A DNA stretch of 64,000 nucleotides from Candidatus Aenigmatarchaeota archaeon (GCA_016213525.1 JACRAE010000005.1:145405-209404); one strand, 5' to 3'. Positions 1 to 8,640 are shown, counted from the stretch's first letter. Program-made: numbers and translations. Notes: a model not told the origin generated them from the letters alone.

Positions 1-14
1 TATAGTACCGATAT

Positions 15-26
15 GCTTATATATTG
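15..26 (+). promoter_or_regulatory. TATA-like box
   Basis: gcttatatattg, about 30 nt upstream of ATG 57. The same 12-mer occurs in reverse complement at 17261..17272. Confidence 0.45.
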
Positions 27-56
27 CCACTGCAGAGTAGTGAATTAGTGAACAAC

Positions 57-377
57 ATGGCAAAAGATTACGATCCTGCAGGCTCCATGAGGGACGAGCC
101 CTACGGCTTCGGGGCCAGAAGGCGCGACTCGCCAAGGTTCGACAAGTATTCATATGGCGACAATTATAGGCCCCCCGGTTTCTCCGGCGGGTCCGCGGAC
201 TACGCGAGCAAGGCGGATATCTGGGCGAAGAGGAGGATGGGCGAGGCGGGGTACGGCCTGACGTCCGCGTCGCTGAGCAGGGCGGAGCACAGCAGGGTCC
301 TGGACGAGGCCGCCGAGGACTCGAGGGTGATGGCGGACCACGAAAAGAGGAAGGGCCTAAGGTACGGGGGCGTGTGA
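57..377 (+). CDS. hypothetical protein
   Basis: Track ORF 24..377 opens on TTG. The first ATG (57) lies about 30 nt after TATA-like gcttatatattg (15-26). Natural-looking composition, no motif recognised. C-terminus ...RYGGV. Confidence 0.5.
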   Translation: MAKDYDPAGSMRDEPYGFGARRRDSPRFDKYSYGDNYRPPGFSGGSADYASKADIWAKRRMGEAGYGLTSASLSRAEHSRVLDEAAEDSRVMADHEKRKGLRYGGV

Positions 378-380
378 GAA

Positions 381-1031
381 ATGAGCATGCTAGAGCCCGT
401 CTACGAGAAGAATTTCTGGAAGGACATAAAGGCCGACATCATTAGATACGACGCGGCGAGGGGAATCGACCCCGAGAAGGAAGATTTCATGAGGGGAGGC
501 GACGAAATCAACAAACTGATATCGGGCAAGATTTCCAATGGAATCAGGATAGACTCCTCCGCGTGGGATTACGAGGCCAAAGGAGAGGACATCCTGCACG
601 ACATAAACTTCCTCAACCTCAAGGGCAGACTCGGCGACAGATACAAGTTCAGGATAGACTATGCGACTTATGACAGGCTGTCTCCCAGGGTGTCCGTGGA
701 ATACCAGTCTGCCATGGATAGGGACGGAAAAACAAGCCTATTCTGGGCCCTTTCCGGCGAGTACGGCAAAAGTTTCGGGGCATATCCCCGGATGGAAAAT
801 TTCGACATAGACAGAGTCCGCGGCTTCAACGTCAGCAACCTCGACAGCCTCGGTGCCATTTTTGGGTCCTATTATGATTTCACCCTGCATCCGAACGAAG
901 TAATGTTCGACTCAGACTCAGAAGAGGGCGGGAACACCACGCTCGTAAAGTTCACAGGGCGCAACAGGAAGGCCTACGGGAATCTGATGAGGAAGGTCGA
1001 GGAGTTCCTTCCAAGCCATGGGGGCGTCTGA
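381..1031 (+). CDS. hypothetical protein
   Basis: 216-aa ORF with ATG 3 nt after the previous stop (tight operon). No motif recognised. C-terminus ...SHGGV mirrors the upstream ORF. Confidence 0.55.
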   Translation: MSMLEPVYEKNFWKDIKADIIRYDAARGIDPEKEDFMRGGDEINKLISGKISNGIRIDSSAWDYEAKGEDILHDINFLNLKGRLGDRYKFRIDYATYDRLSPRVSVEYQSAMDRDGKTSLFWALSGEYGKSFGAYPRMENFDIDRVRGFNVSNLDSLGAIFGSYYDFTLHPNEVMFDSDSEEGGNTTLVKFTGRNRKAYGNLMRKVEEFLPSHGGV

Positions 1032-1034
1032 GAA

Positions 1035-1298
1035 ATGTCTTTCAAAATGGCGGAGGCGTACATCGAGAAGTTCGGGATGGCCGACGACAAGATGCTGTTC
1101 TACAAGATCGTGGACTACGTGGCGCTGTCCGTGTCGAAGAAGCACATAGACAGGAGCATGAGGCTGCCGGACATAACATACGGGAGGGAGATTGAGATTT
1201 TGGGACTGGTCGACCCCATGGGACTGGCGACGGAGAAAGGCGAGGCGCTGGTAAGGGAGGTCAACCCCGATTTGTACGAGATGTCGAAAGGACTGTGA
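1035..1298 (+). CDS. hypothetical protein
   Basis: 87-aa ORF with ATG 3 nt after the previous stop. No motif recognised. Confidence 0.5.
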   Translation: MSFKMAEAYIEKFGMADDKMLFYKIVDYVALSVSKKHIDRSMRLPDITYGREIEILGLVDPMGLATEKGEALVREVNPDLYEMSKGL

Positions 1299-1340
1299 GA
1301 GACAGGCCGTCGATGAAAAAGAATGTTATTTTATCCTATG

Positions 1341-1817
1341 CTATTTCGTCTCGTCGAGCAGCGCCCTCAGCAGGTCCGTGCGCGAGATTATGCCGAGCAG
1401 CTTCTCCTTCGCGTCCACTACCGGGAGCCTGTCTATCCTGTGCTTGTCGAGCAGCTCCGCCACTTCTATGAGCGTGGCGTCCGGTCCGACCGTGACCACC
1501 TCGTCGGTCATGAAGTCCTTCACCATGTTCTTAGAGACCTTCTTCACCTCGGCCAGGTAGCTCAGCTCGTCCTTGATCATCAGCGTCGTCATCAGCGTCA
1601 GGGACTGCTTCTCCATTCCGCCGAAGCCGGAGATGGACATCTTCAGGCACATGAACCTCACTATGTCGGATACGGTTATCATGCCGACGACCTTTCTTCC
1701 ATCTACGACCGGCGCGCCGGATATGCCCCTCTTCGAGAGGACCTCCGCGGCGTCGAATATGGAGTCGTGCGGGCCGAACGTCACCGGCTCCTTCCTCATG
1801 TAGTCCCTCGCGTGCAT
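1341..1817 (-). CDS. CBS-domain pair protein
   Basis: Two tandem CBS repeats: EPVTFGPHDSIFDAAEVLSKRGISGAPVVDGRKVVGMITVSDIV and EVVTVGPDATLIEVAELLDKHRIDRLPVVDAKEKLLGIISRTDLL. Confidence 0.85.
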   Translation of the reverse strand: MHARDYMRKEPVTFGPHDSIFDAAEVLSKRGISGAPVVDGRKVVGMITVSDIVRFMCLKMSISGFGGMEKQSLTLMTTLMIKDELSYLAEVKKVSKNMVKDFMTDEVVTVGPDATLIEVAELLDKHRIDRLPVVDAKEKLLGIISRTDLLRALLDETK

Positions 1818-1827
1818 GCTTGTCCCT

Positions 1828-2193
1828 CTAGCAGACTTTGCTCCCGGGGGTTATGTCCTTTTCGGGCTGCAAAAGAACTATCCCGTTCTCGTCCTCGGCG
1901 GCCATTATCATCGCCTGCGACTCGAGCCCCATTATCTTCCTCCTCTGCAGGTTCGTGACGAAGACGAACTTCTTCCCGACGACGTCCTCGGGCGAGTAGA
2001 ACTTCCTTATCCCGGAAAGCACCTGCCTCTCCTCCGTTCCGAAGTCCACAGTGAGCCTGAGCAGCTTCTCAGACTTCTCCAAAATTTCGGCGCTCTTCAC
2101 GAGCCCGACCTTCAGCTCGAGCTTGGCGAAGTCCGAGTACGTGGCCTCCGTTGGAATCTCTTCTTTCTTCTCTTCGACGGGCGCCTCTTCCAT
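1828..2193 (-). CDS. stand-alone tRNA-binding OB-fold protein (Trbp111/CsaA/MetRS C-terminal-domain type)
   Basis: FAKLELKVGLVKSAEILEKSEKLLRLTVDFGTEERQVLSGIRKFYSPEDVVGKKFVFVTNLQRRKIMGLESQAMIMAA matches the tRNA-binding domain pattern found at the C-terminus of long MetRS. Confidence 0.8.
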   Translation of the reverse strand: MEEAPVEEKKEEIPTEATYSDFAKLELKVGLVKSAEILEKSEKLLRLTVDFGTEERQVLSGIRKFYSPEDVVGKKFVFVTNLQRRKIMGLESQAMIMAAEDENGIVLLQPEKDITPGSKVC

Positions 2194-2233
2194 GCTTGGA
2201 TATTCTCCGCCCGCGCTTTAATGTTTTGCCGCG

Positions 2234-2923
2234 CTAGGCGAAGAGCATGATCAGGGCGAGGGCCGCCATGCCGAAGTCCTCGATGATTGTAATCTTCGTG
2301 AGCGGCACCTTCAGGAACGTCCCGAGGCACGCGCAGTAGAACTTCTCCTTCTTCAGCAGCTTTATCGCGACTCCTATCCCGCTGAAGCCCATGACCAGAA
2401 TCTCTGCCAAGAGAAGCGGAGCCGAAGTCGGATACAGAATCATCGCCAGCCCGAAGAAGAGCTCGATGAAGGGGTAGACATACCCGTACGCGAAGACCCT
2501 GCCCGCGAGCAGGTCGTAGGTGGAGTATCCTTCCGCGAAGCCCTTTAGGTCGATGAGCTTGAACCCCGCGAACACGACGAAGAACTCTATCATGAAGTAG
2601 GAGATCGTCGTCTGGGCCGCGAACCCACCGGAGACATGGTCCCTGACGGAGGCGACGACCGTGACCAAGAGTATCAGGCCGATGACCACGGCGAGGGGCG
2701 CGTACGCCTTCAGACCGGGTTTGGTTGGCGCGCCGCCCTCGAAGTGTGAAACGGAATTGTTTTTTGATTTCATGGCTGCAAACTTCCCGGGGCTCTTGCG
2801 GAAGGCCTCGCGGCAGTGGGAGCTGCAGAAGTAGTATGTTCTGCCTCTGTAGGACTCTCTAAGCTTGCTCCTGCCGACTTCCATCCCGCATACCGGGTCC
2901 TTTCCCATAATAGATACGCTCAT
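2234..2923 (-). CDS. YHS/TRASH metal-binding domain fused to MauE-like membrane domain
   Basis: Start taken at MSVSIMGKD (ATG 2923), which overlaps the upstream stop as ATGA. N-terminus DPVCGMEV...YYFCSSHCREAF (YHS/TRASH), then about 5 TM helices with a FYCACLGTFLKVPL motif (MauE-like). The track's longer ORF to 3064 overlaps the oxidase gene. Confidence 0.75.
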   Translation of the reverse strand: MSVSIMGKDPVCGMEVGRSKLRESYRGRTYYFCSSHCREAFRKSPGKFAAMKSKNNSVSHFEGGAPTKPGLKAYAPLAVVIGLILLVTVVASVRDHVSGGFAAQTTISYFMIEFFVVFAGFKLIDLKGFAEGYSTYDLLAGRVFAYGYVYPFIELFFGLAMILYPTSAPLLLAEILVMGFSGIGVAIKLLKKEKFYCACLGTFLKVPLTKITIIEDFGMAALALIMLFA

Positions 2924-4518
2924 GCGGACACCTTGAACGTCGCCATCATCCCCGACTCCATGTGCTCCGGTATGTGGCAGTGCACCAGCCAGTCGCCGGG
3001 GTTCTTGAAGTCCACGAGGAGGTCCACGTAGGAGCCCCTCTCCACCAGGACCGTGTCCTTCCACGCCAGATTGTTGTTCGGCGTCCCGTCCTTGTCCAGC
3101 ACGAGGAACCTCTGGCCGTGCAGGTGTATCGGGTGCTGCATGGGATGCGCCGAGTCCGGATTGTTGAAGATTCTTATCTTTCTCAAGTCGCCAACTTTGG
3201 CGTCATAGACTAGGTTGTCGTTCTCCTTCCCCGTTTTCGCGTCTCTTATAATCCACTTCGTGTTTTCGGTGTTCGACATAGAGTTCATCATAGCCATCTC
3301 ATCTTCCCATTCTATCGGTCCCGATTCTTCCTCCTCCATACTTCCGCCCATCATAGAGCCGTCCGGCATAATATGTCCCGCCGAGCCGCCGGACATTCTA
3401 CCCATCATACCTGACAGCCTCGACTCAAGGCTCATCTCGATGTCGGGCGCCCCATTCAAATAATCGCCGATGCTCGCAACCTCGCCCCTGATGTCCGGGG
3501 ACGGCGACAGCTCATGGACTGCCCTGCCCGCCTTTGTTTTGTCGGACACCACCACGCTCCCCATCACGTACTCCGACTCCGGCGTCCTGTGGAATATCCT
3601 GTACGTCCCCGGTCTGTCGAATAGGACCTCGACTATCCTCCTCTCGCTCGGCGCGATGACGAAGCTGTCTGCCACGGCGTCCCTCTCGTACCTACCCGAG
3701 TCGTCGCCGACCAGCGCCATCTCCTGGCCCTCTATCGAGACGTTGAAAACTCTGGTGTTCGCGGCGTTCGTGACGTAGAGCCTGACCTTCTCGCCCCTGC
3801 CCACGGAAAGCCCGTAGTCCTCCCTTCCGTTCGCAAGCATCACGTTTCCGAACCTTCCCATCAGCGCATAGCTGACATACTCGTCGGAGAAGAAGTCCAG
3901 GTCACCGTTCCTGATCCTGACGTCGTCTAGAATCATGGCCTCCTCAGAGTCCGCGCCGTTATAATAGTTCGGGTCCCGGGGCTCGACTATAATGTTCCCG
4001 TACAGCCCCATCTCCTGCTGGAAGTCCTCCCTGACGTGCGGGTGGTACCAGTAGACGCCGGCGTCCGGGAAGTCCAATACGTATGTGAATTTTTCACCGG
4101 GCCCCACCGCATCCTGCGTCACGCCCGGCACGCCGTCGAACTCGTTCCTCAGCCTGAGGCCGTGCCAGTGCACGGTCGTGTCGACGTCGAGCCCGTTCTT
4201 GAAGTTGACCGTGAGGGAGCTGCCCTGCCTCACCCTCAGCGTCGGCCCGGGGATCTGACCGTTGTAGCCGTACATCGAGATTTCATTTCCGGCTATGATT
4301 TTCTTCACCGGCAGCGCCTCCATCTCGAACGTCCCGCCGTCCGACAGCGCGTGCTCTTTCGTTTCCAGAGCGGCCGGCGCGTCGAGCGACCTCCCGAACG
4401 AGACCCCCCTCACCTCGTCGGGCGCCGGGTTTATGTCAGCCAGCAGAAAATAGGCCGAGACCGAGGCGGCCGCCAACAAACCCAGTAAAATGAAAATCCT
4501 AACGTCTCTTTTCTTCAC
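2920..4518 (-). CDS. multicopper oxidase (CueO/PcoA-like) with Met-rich insert
   Basis: Four Cu motifs: VHWHGLRL, YWYHPHV, HPIHLHG, HCHIPEHMESGMM. Met-rich segment MMGRMSGGSAGHIMPDGSMMGGSMEEEE..MAMMNSMSN. N-terminal hydrophobic signal/anchor. GTG start. Confidence 0.9.
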   Translation of the reverse strand: MKKRDVRIFILLGLLAAASVSAYFLLADINPAPDEVRGVSFGRSLDAPAALETKEHALSDGGTFEMEALPVKKIIAGNEISMYGYNGQIPGPTLRVRQGSSLTVNFKNGLDVDTTVHWHGLRLRNEFDGVPGVTQDAVGPGEKFTYVLDFPDAGVYWYHPHVREDFQQEMGLYGNIIVEPRDPNYYNGADSEEAMILDDVRIRNGDLDFFSDEYVSYALMGRFGNVMLANGREDYGLSVGRGEKVRLYVTNAANTRVFNVSIEGQEMALVGDDSGRYERDAVADSFVIAPSERRIVEVLFDRPGTYRIFHRTPESEYVMGSVVVSDKTKAGRAVHELSPSPDIRGEVASIGDYLNGAPDIEMSLESRLSGMMGRMSGGSAGHIMPDGSMMGGSMEEEESGPIEWEDEMAMMNSMSNTENTKWIIRDAKTGKENDNLVYDAKVGDLRKIRIFNNPDSAHPMQHPIHLHGQRFLVLDKDGTPNNNLAWKDTVLVERGSYVDLLVDFKNPGDWLVHCHIPEHMESGMMATFKVSA

Positions 4519-4568
4519 AACGAGATATTATTCCAACGTTAGTTATAGTTTGCGGTCCCGGACCCCCG

Positions 4569-4580
4569 TTTTAATATTTT
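4569..4580 (+). promoter_or_regulatory. TATA-like box
   Basis: ttttaatatttt, about 25 nt upstream of ATG 4599, in the divergent region shared with the copper operon. Confidence 0.45.
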
Positions 4581-4598
4581 GCCGCCCATAGTCTTGTG

Positions 4599-4895
4599 AT
4601 GTCGAACAGCGGCCAGAGGGCGAGCAGGAGGGAGGCGTGGGACTACCTGTGCCTTTACTTCAAGAATAATGCGAAGGGCAAGACGTACGCCCTGAGAGAG
4701 ACGCTCGCCTCCTACATAGCCAGGGAGTCGGGCATCCCGGCGCAGTCCGTAGGGACGTATCTGAGGTTCTTCAACGAGAGCAAGATGGTCGAGGTGTCCG
4801 GGGACAGGGTGTACCTGCCGAGGGACGTCGCGTTCGCCTTCAGCGTGACAGGCCACCTGCCGGGCTACAGCCGGGCCAAGAAGAGAAAGAGCTGA
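4599..4895 (+). CDS. small putative winged-helix DNA-binding protein
   Basis: 98-aa ORF divergent from the copper operon. ATG 4599 lies about 25 nt after TATA-like ttttaatatttt. The segment TYALRETLASYIARESGIPAQSVGTYLRFFNESKMVEVSGDRVYL resembles an HTH plus wing. Function is inferred only. Confidence 0.45.
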   Translation: MSNSGQRASRREAWDYLCLYFKNNAKGKTYALRETLASYIARESGIPAQSVGTYLRFFNESKMVEVSGDRVYLPRDVAFAFSVTGHLPGYSRAKKRKS

Positions 4896-4896
4896 C

Positions 4897-6366
4897 TCAT
4901 TTCACTTCTACCTTAACGAAGAGGTACCCGTTCTTCTTTATCCTAGATTTGAACGGCCTGTATTTCGCGTCCTTCAGCCTCTGCGGCTTGACGCCTAGCT
5001 GATCGAAGATGCGCCTCGACGTGGAGGGCATGAAGGGCTCTATCAGGATTGCGATGATGCGGATCCTCTCCATCAGGTTGTAGATGATGTTCCCGAGGTT
5101 CTTGCCCTCTGACTTCCACGGCTCTGTCCGGCTGATGTATTTGTTCGTGTCGCGGATGATCTGCCAGACCTCGTCCATCGCCTGGTTCAGCCTGTTACCG
5201 TCCATGTTCCTCTCTATCGATTTTATCTTCGGCGCGAGGTTCTCGAACGGCCTGCCCGCCACCTTGCCCTTGTACTTCTCCGCGAGGGTCAGCGCGCGGT
5301 ACACCAGGTTACCCAGGTCTGCGACGAGCTCGCCGTTTATCCTCTCGACGAGCTTCTTCTCGGAGAAGTCGCCGTCCTCGCCGAACGCCGCGTCCCTCAC
5401 GAGATAGTATCTGAACGAGTCCACCGAGTACTTGCCGACGACCTGGAGCGGGTCGACGACGTTTCCCACGGTCTTGGACATCTTCTGACCCTCGACGAGC
5501 CACCAGCCGTGCACGAGGACCTTGTTGGGCGGCTTGACGCCGACTGAAAATAGCATGGCGGGCCAGATGACGGAGTGGAACCAGTTGATCTCCTTCCCCA
5601 CGAGGTGCACGTCCGCCGGCCAGAACCTTTTGAACTTCGCGCTCTTCCTGCCGCCCAGCGCGGAGATGTAGTTCGTGAGCGCGTCGAACCAGACGTACGT
5701 CGTGTGTTCTTTGTCGAGAGGGAACGTTATGCCCCATCTCAGATTCTCCCGGCTGATGCTGAGGTCCTTCAGCCCGCCCTTCACGCGGTTCTTGATCTCG
5801 TCCGCCCTGTACGCGGGGGAGATGAAGCCCGGGTTCTGCTTGTAGAACTTCAGCAGCCTGTCCTGGTACTTCGAAAGGCGGAAGAAGTAGCTCTCCTCCA
5901 TCCTCATCTCGAGCCTCCTCTTGTGGTCCGGGCACTCGCCGTTCACCATCTCGCTCTCGGTCTTGAAGCTCTCGCAGCCGACGCAGTAGAATCCCTTGTA
6001 GTTCCCCTTGTAGACGTCGCCCTTCCTGTCCGCCGCCAAAATGAAGTCCTTCACCGTCCTCTTGTGCCTCGCCTCTGTCGTTCGGATGAAGTCGTCGTAG
6101 GATATGTCGAGCGTGTCCCACGCGTTCTTGAAAATCGCCGAAAGCTCGTCCACGAACTGCCTCGCGCCCTTGTCCATCACCTGTGCAGCTTCAAGGACCT
6201 TTTCACCGTGCTCGTCCGTGCCCGTCAAAAACAATACCTTCTCGCCCTTGAGCCTGTGCCAGCGCGCGATGACGTCGGCGATGACCGTGGTGTAGGCGTG
6301 GCCGAGGTGCGGGGGGCCGTTGAGGTAGTAGAGGGGGGTCGTTATGTAGAACCCTTTCTTCGCCAT
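4897..6366 (-). CDS. metG: methionyl-tRNA synthetase (short form, no C-terminal tRNA-binding domain)
   Basis: Class I motifs PPHLGHAYT (HIGH) and KMSKTVGN (KMSKS). Zn knuckle CVGCESF...CPDHK. 489 aa. Confidence 0.95.
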   Translation of the reverse strand: MAKKGFYITTPLYYLNGPPHLGHAYTTVIADVIARWHRLKGEKVLFLTGTDEHGEKVLEAAQVMDKGARQFVDELSAIFKNAWDTLDISYDDFIRTTEARHKRTVKDFILAADRKGDVYKGNYKGFYCVGCESFKTESEMVNGECPDHKRRLEMRMEESYFFRLSKYQDRLLKFYKQNPGFISPAYRADEIKNRVKGGLKDLSISRENLRWGITFPLDKEHTTYVWFDALTNYISALGGRKSAKFKRFWPADVHLVGKEINWFHSVIWPAMLFSVGVKPPNKVLVHGWWLVEGQKMSKTVGNVVDPLQVVGKYSVDSFRYYLVRDAAFGEDGDFSEKKLVERINGELVADLGNLVYRALTLAEKYKGKVAGRPFENLAPKIKSIERNMDGNRLNQAMDEVWQIIRDTNKYISRTEPWKSEGKNLGNIIYNLMERIRIIAILIEPFMPSTSRRIFDQLGVKPQRLKDAKYRPFKSRIKKNGYLFVKVEVK

Positions 6367-6447
6367 GCAATAGGATTGGGATGCCCCGATTTTAAGCGTT
6401 CCCCTGGCCCGACAAAGTCTTAAGCCGACCCGCGAGAATCAGATTTC

Positions 6448-7125
6448 ATGGAAGTGAAAGGTTTCCTCTTCGACTTCGACGAGACCGTCGTCTACTCCAA
6501 CATGGATCACGTCAGGTCCTACATAGACGCGGGCAAGAGGTTCGGGCTCAGGATAACGAAGAGGCAGATACTGGAGAGGTTCGGAAAGTCGGCGATAAAC
6601 ATACTCACGGAGATGTTCCCGGAGATGACCGACGAGGAGATCATAAAGATGAGGGACCTGAAGGAGAAGATCTACAGGCAGATCATATCGAAGAAGGACA
6701 TACAGACGATAGCCGGGACGGAGGAGCTGTTGAAGTTTTTGAGGAGGAACAACGTGAAGTGCGCCATCGTGTCCTCGGCGTCGATAAAGAACATAAAGAT
6801 CGGCCTGAGGGAGAACAAGCTGACGAGGTACTTCCAGGCGATAGTCGGCGTGGAGAACTCGAAGAGGCACAAGCCAAACCCGGACCCGGTCCTGAAGGCG
6901 GCGAAGATGCTCGGCCTCAAGCCGAAGGACTGCGTGATGATCGGCGACTCGAAGTACGACGTCATCGCCGGCAAGCGCGCCAAGGCCATCCCGCTGGGCC
7001 TCACCACAGGATACTACTCGGAGATGCAGCTGAAGTTCAACGGGGCGAAGGCGTGCTTCAGGGACAACGCCGAGGTCCTGTCGAGGCTGAGCCCGTCCAG
7101 GCATTCCGTTAAGCTGGACATCTGA
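6448..7125 (+). CDS. HAD-superfamily phosphatase (PGP/beta-PGM-like)
   Basis: Motif I FLFDFDETVV, motif II VSSAS, motif III/IV K....GDSKYDV. Confidence 0.8.
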   Translation: MEVKGFLFDFDETVVYSNMDHVRSYIDAGKRFGLRITKRQILERFGKSAINILTEMFPEMTDEEIIKMRDLKEKIYRQIISKKDIQTIAGTEELLKFLRRNNVKCAIVSSASIKNIKIGLRENKLTRYFQAIVGVENSKRHKPNPDPVLKAAKMLGLKPKDCVMIGDSKYDVIAGKRAKAIPLGLTTGYYSEMQLKFNGAKACFRDNAEVLSRLSPSRHSVKLDI

Positions 7126-7154
7126 CTCCTAACCAGGCGGGGAAGACGAGAAAT

Positions 7155-7481
7155 CTAGTTCCTTGAGATCGCGGCAAACTTAGGCGTGACCACGAGGTAG
7201 CCCTCCTCCGTGCCCGCTATGTCGAAGCCGAAGCTCGTGCATGACCTCTTCAGCTTCTGCACGGACGTCTGGAACTGGCCGAGGTCCTTCCTCTGCAGCT
7301 CCTTGGTCTTCAAAAACAGTATGTTGCCCTCGCGCACGAACTTTATGATGCGGTCTATGTCCGCCATTCCGCCGAGGTTCTCTATCCTGACCGTGACTCT
7401 CTCTGTCGGCTCGTCCGCGACCGGGAGCTCGACGTCCTGTTCGTCCTCTGCGATGAGCTTTCTGAGGAATTTCTTGATCAT
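7155..7481 (-). CDS. sepF: SepF-like (DUF552) cell-division protein, paralog 1
   Basis: VTVRIENLGGMADIDRIIKFVREGNILFLKTKELQRKDLGQFQTSVQKLKRSCTSFGFDIAGTEEGYLVVTP fits the SepF core pattern. Paralog of 39174..39545. Confidence 0.7.
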   Translation of the reverse strand: MIKKFLRKLIAEDEQDVELPVADEPTERVTVRIENLGGMADIDRIIKFVREGNILFLKTKELQRKDLGQFQTSVQKLKRSCTSFGFDIAGTEEGYLVVTPKFAAISRN

Positions 7482-7525
7482 GTGTTAAACCTAACCATTA
7501 TATGAAAATGCAGGAATTTAAACCA

Positions 7526-7999
7526 TTATATCGAGGGCCATCGCTCTTCAAAGGCGCCGTACTTGGGCACGTATCCCCTCATCCCGGCCACCGCCCTCTT
7601 CAGCATGCGCCCCATGTAGGCCGCCCCCTCGGACGAGTCCCTGTTGAGGTTGCGGTTTATGATGAAGTCGCTCATCTTGGACTCGATCATTCCCAGGTAG
7701 GTCCCCCTGGCCTCCCTCGGGAAGCTCAGCATCCTTATGGTCGCCTTGTTCCTCCAGTCCTCGCATATGCAGTCCACGACCCCCGCTATCGCCACCCTCC
7801 TGCTGTCGTACATCTCCTCGGACGGGTCCAGGTCGTCGTAGAGGTCGTCGAACGACAGCATGCTCTTCGGCTCGCCCTCGCGCACGTATCCCAGGTTCTG
7901 CTGCGATATCCTGTTAAAAAGACACTGGAGTATGTTCATGGAGTCTTCTGCCGCGCACTCGGCCTTCATCTCGGGCGTCTTGTAAACCTCGACCGACAT
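7526..7999 (-). CDS. hypothetical protein
   Basis: Start moved to ATG 7999 (MSVEVYKTPE). 157 aa, no motif recognised. The antisense ORF 7502..8068 is low-complexity. Confidence 0.5.
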   Translation of the reverse strand: MSVEVYKTPEMKAECAAEDSMNILQCLFNRISQQNLGYVREGEPKSMLSFDDLYDDLDPSEEMYDSRRVAIAGVVDCICEDWRNKATIRMLSFPREARGTYLGMIESKMSDFIINRNLNRDSSEGAAYMGRMLKRAVAGMRGYVPKYGAFEERWPSI

Positions 8000-8060
8000 A
8001 ATAAGTACGATGCATGCAAAAGGATTAAAGCGCCTTCGGGAGGCGCCGCCCACCCGGAAG

Positions 8061-8537
8061 TCACATGACTTCGCAGATGTCGGCGGCGTTCCTCAGGCTG
8101 GCGGAGAAGCCGGGCTCGGCTCCCACCAATATGACCTTCTTGCCGTACTCCTTCGCCTTCTGTATGACAGGCAGGAAGTCGGCGTCCCTGGTCGCGAGGG
8201 CAATGTAGTCGACGTCGTGCATCAGCGCGGCCTCTGTGGCTGCCACTGCTACGGAGACGTCTACGTCGTTCGCGTCGTCGCTCTCGACTGCCAAGATCAT
8301 CTCGACCTTGTAGCCTTCGTTGATTATGGCCTCGATGAGCTTCTCCGGGGCGAACTGGTTTATGAAGACCTTCGCCACAACGATTCTACCGTGCTGCTCG
8401 ACCCTCTTCTTAAGCTCGCGCAGGTCGATCATGAACTCCTTGCGGAGCATGTTCGGACCGTCGACGAAAAGGGAAACGGCACTGTCCTCTGGGGACCTGT
8501 TGCTAGGCCTCTTGGCCTTAGTCGCATATGTTTCCAT
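8061..8537 (-). CDS. NYN/LabA-like (PIN-related) domain protein
   Basis: SLFVDGPNM...VVAKVFIN...DDANDVDVSVAVAATEAALMHDVDYIALATRDADFLPVIQKAKEYGKKVILVG matches the NYN-domain acidic-residue layout. Confidence 0.7.
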   Translation of the reverse strand: METYATKAKRPSNRSPEDSAVSLFVDGPNMLRKEFMIDLRELKKRVEQHGRIVVAKVFINQFAPEKLIEAIINEGYKVEMILAVESDDANDVDVSVAVAATEAALMHDVDYIALATRDADFLPVIQKAKEYGKKVILVGAEPGFSASLRNAADICEVM

Positions 8538-8640
8538 TCAAATCACTCCTTCAATCTTGTTCGTATGCCTGCTTTTAAAGCCTTTCGCCACATCCTGGGA
8601 AAAGCCTTTATTAGAGAGAATCGAACTAAGATTGATTATC

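Noticed and set aside
360-1031. The GGV C-termini of ORF1 and ORF2 as ubiquitin-like/SAMP-type diglycine tails.
   Set aside because: An extra Val follows the GG, neither protein looks like a beta-grasp fold by sequence, and no E1-like gene is adjacent. The shared ending is more simply explained by the conserved junction DNA.
4420-4518. A twin-arginine (Tat) signal on the multicopper oxidase.
   Set aside because: The N-terminus reads MKKRDVRIFILLGLL, without an RR pair in the S/T-R-R-x-F-L-K context. I can only call it a generic signal/anchor.
5309-6423. Long ORFs antisense to well-supported genes. Examples: 5309..6121, 5575..6423, 6439..7104, 9314..10483, 11366..13171, 13090..13932, 14169..15074, 15426..16274, 19436..20497, 36368..37276, 54895..56373.
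   Set aside because: Their translations are R/G/P/H/E-rich low-complexity strings. They overlap genes with unambiguous family motifs on the other strand. This is the typical open-frame artefact of GC-biased coding DNA.
8320-8640. The N-terminal extension of MinD (track ORF 8320..9414). Similar over-extended track ORFs: 2234..3064, 19925..20803, 29902..30777, 30549..31082, 41655..42242, 42325..42774, 44755..45315, 45134..46585.
   Set aside because: The extensions overlap neighbouring genes or tRNAs and lack family similarity. Internal starts restore canonical N-termini and tidy 1-4 nt junctions.
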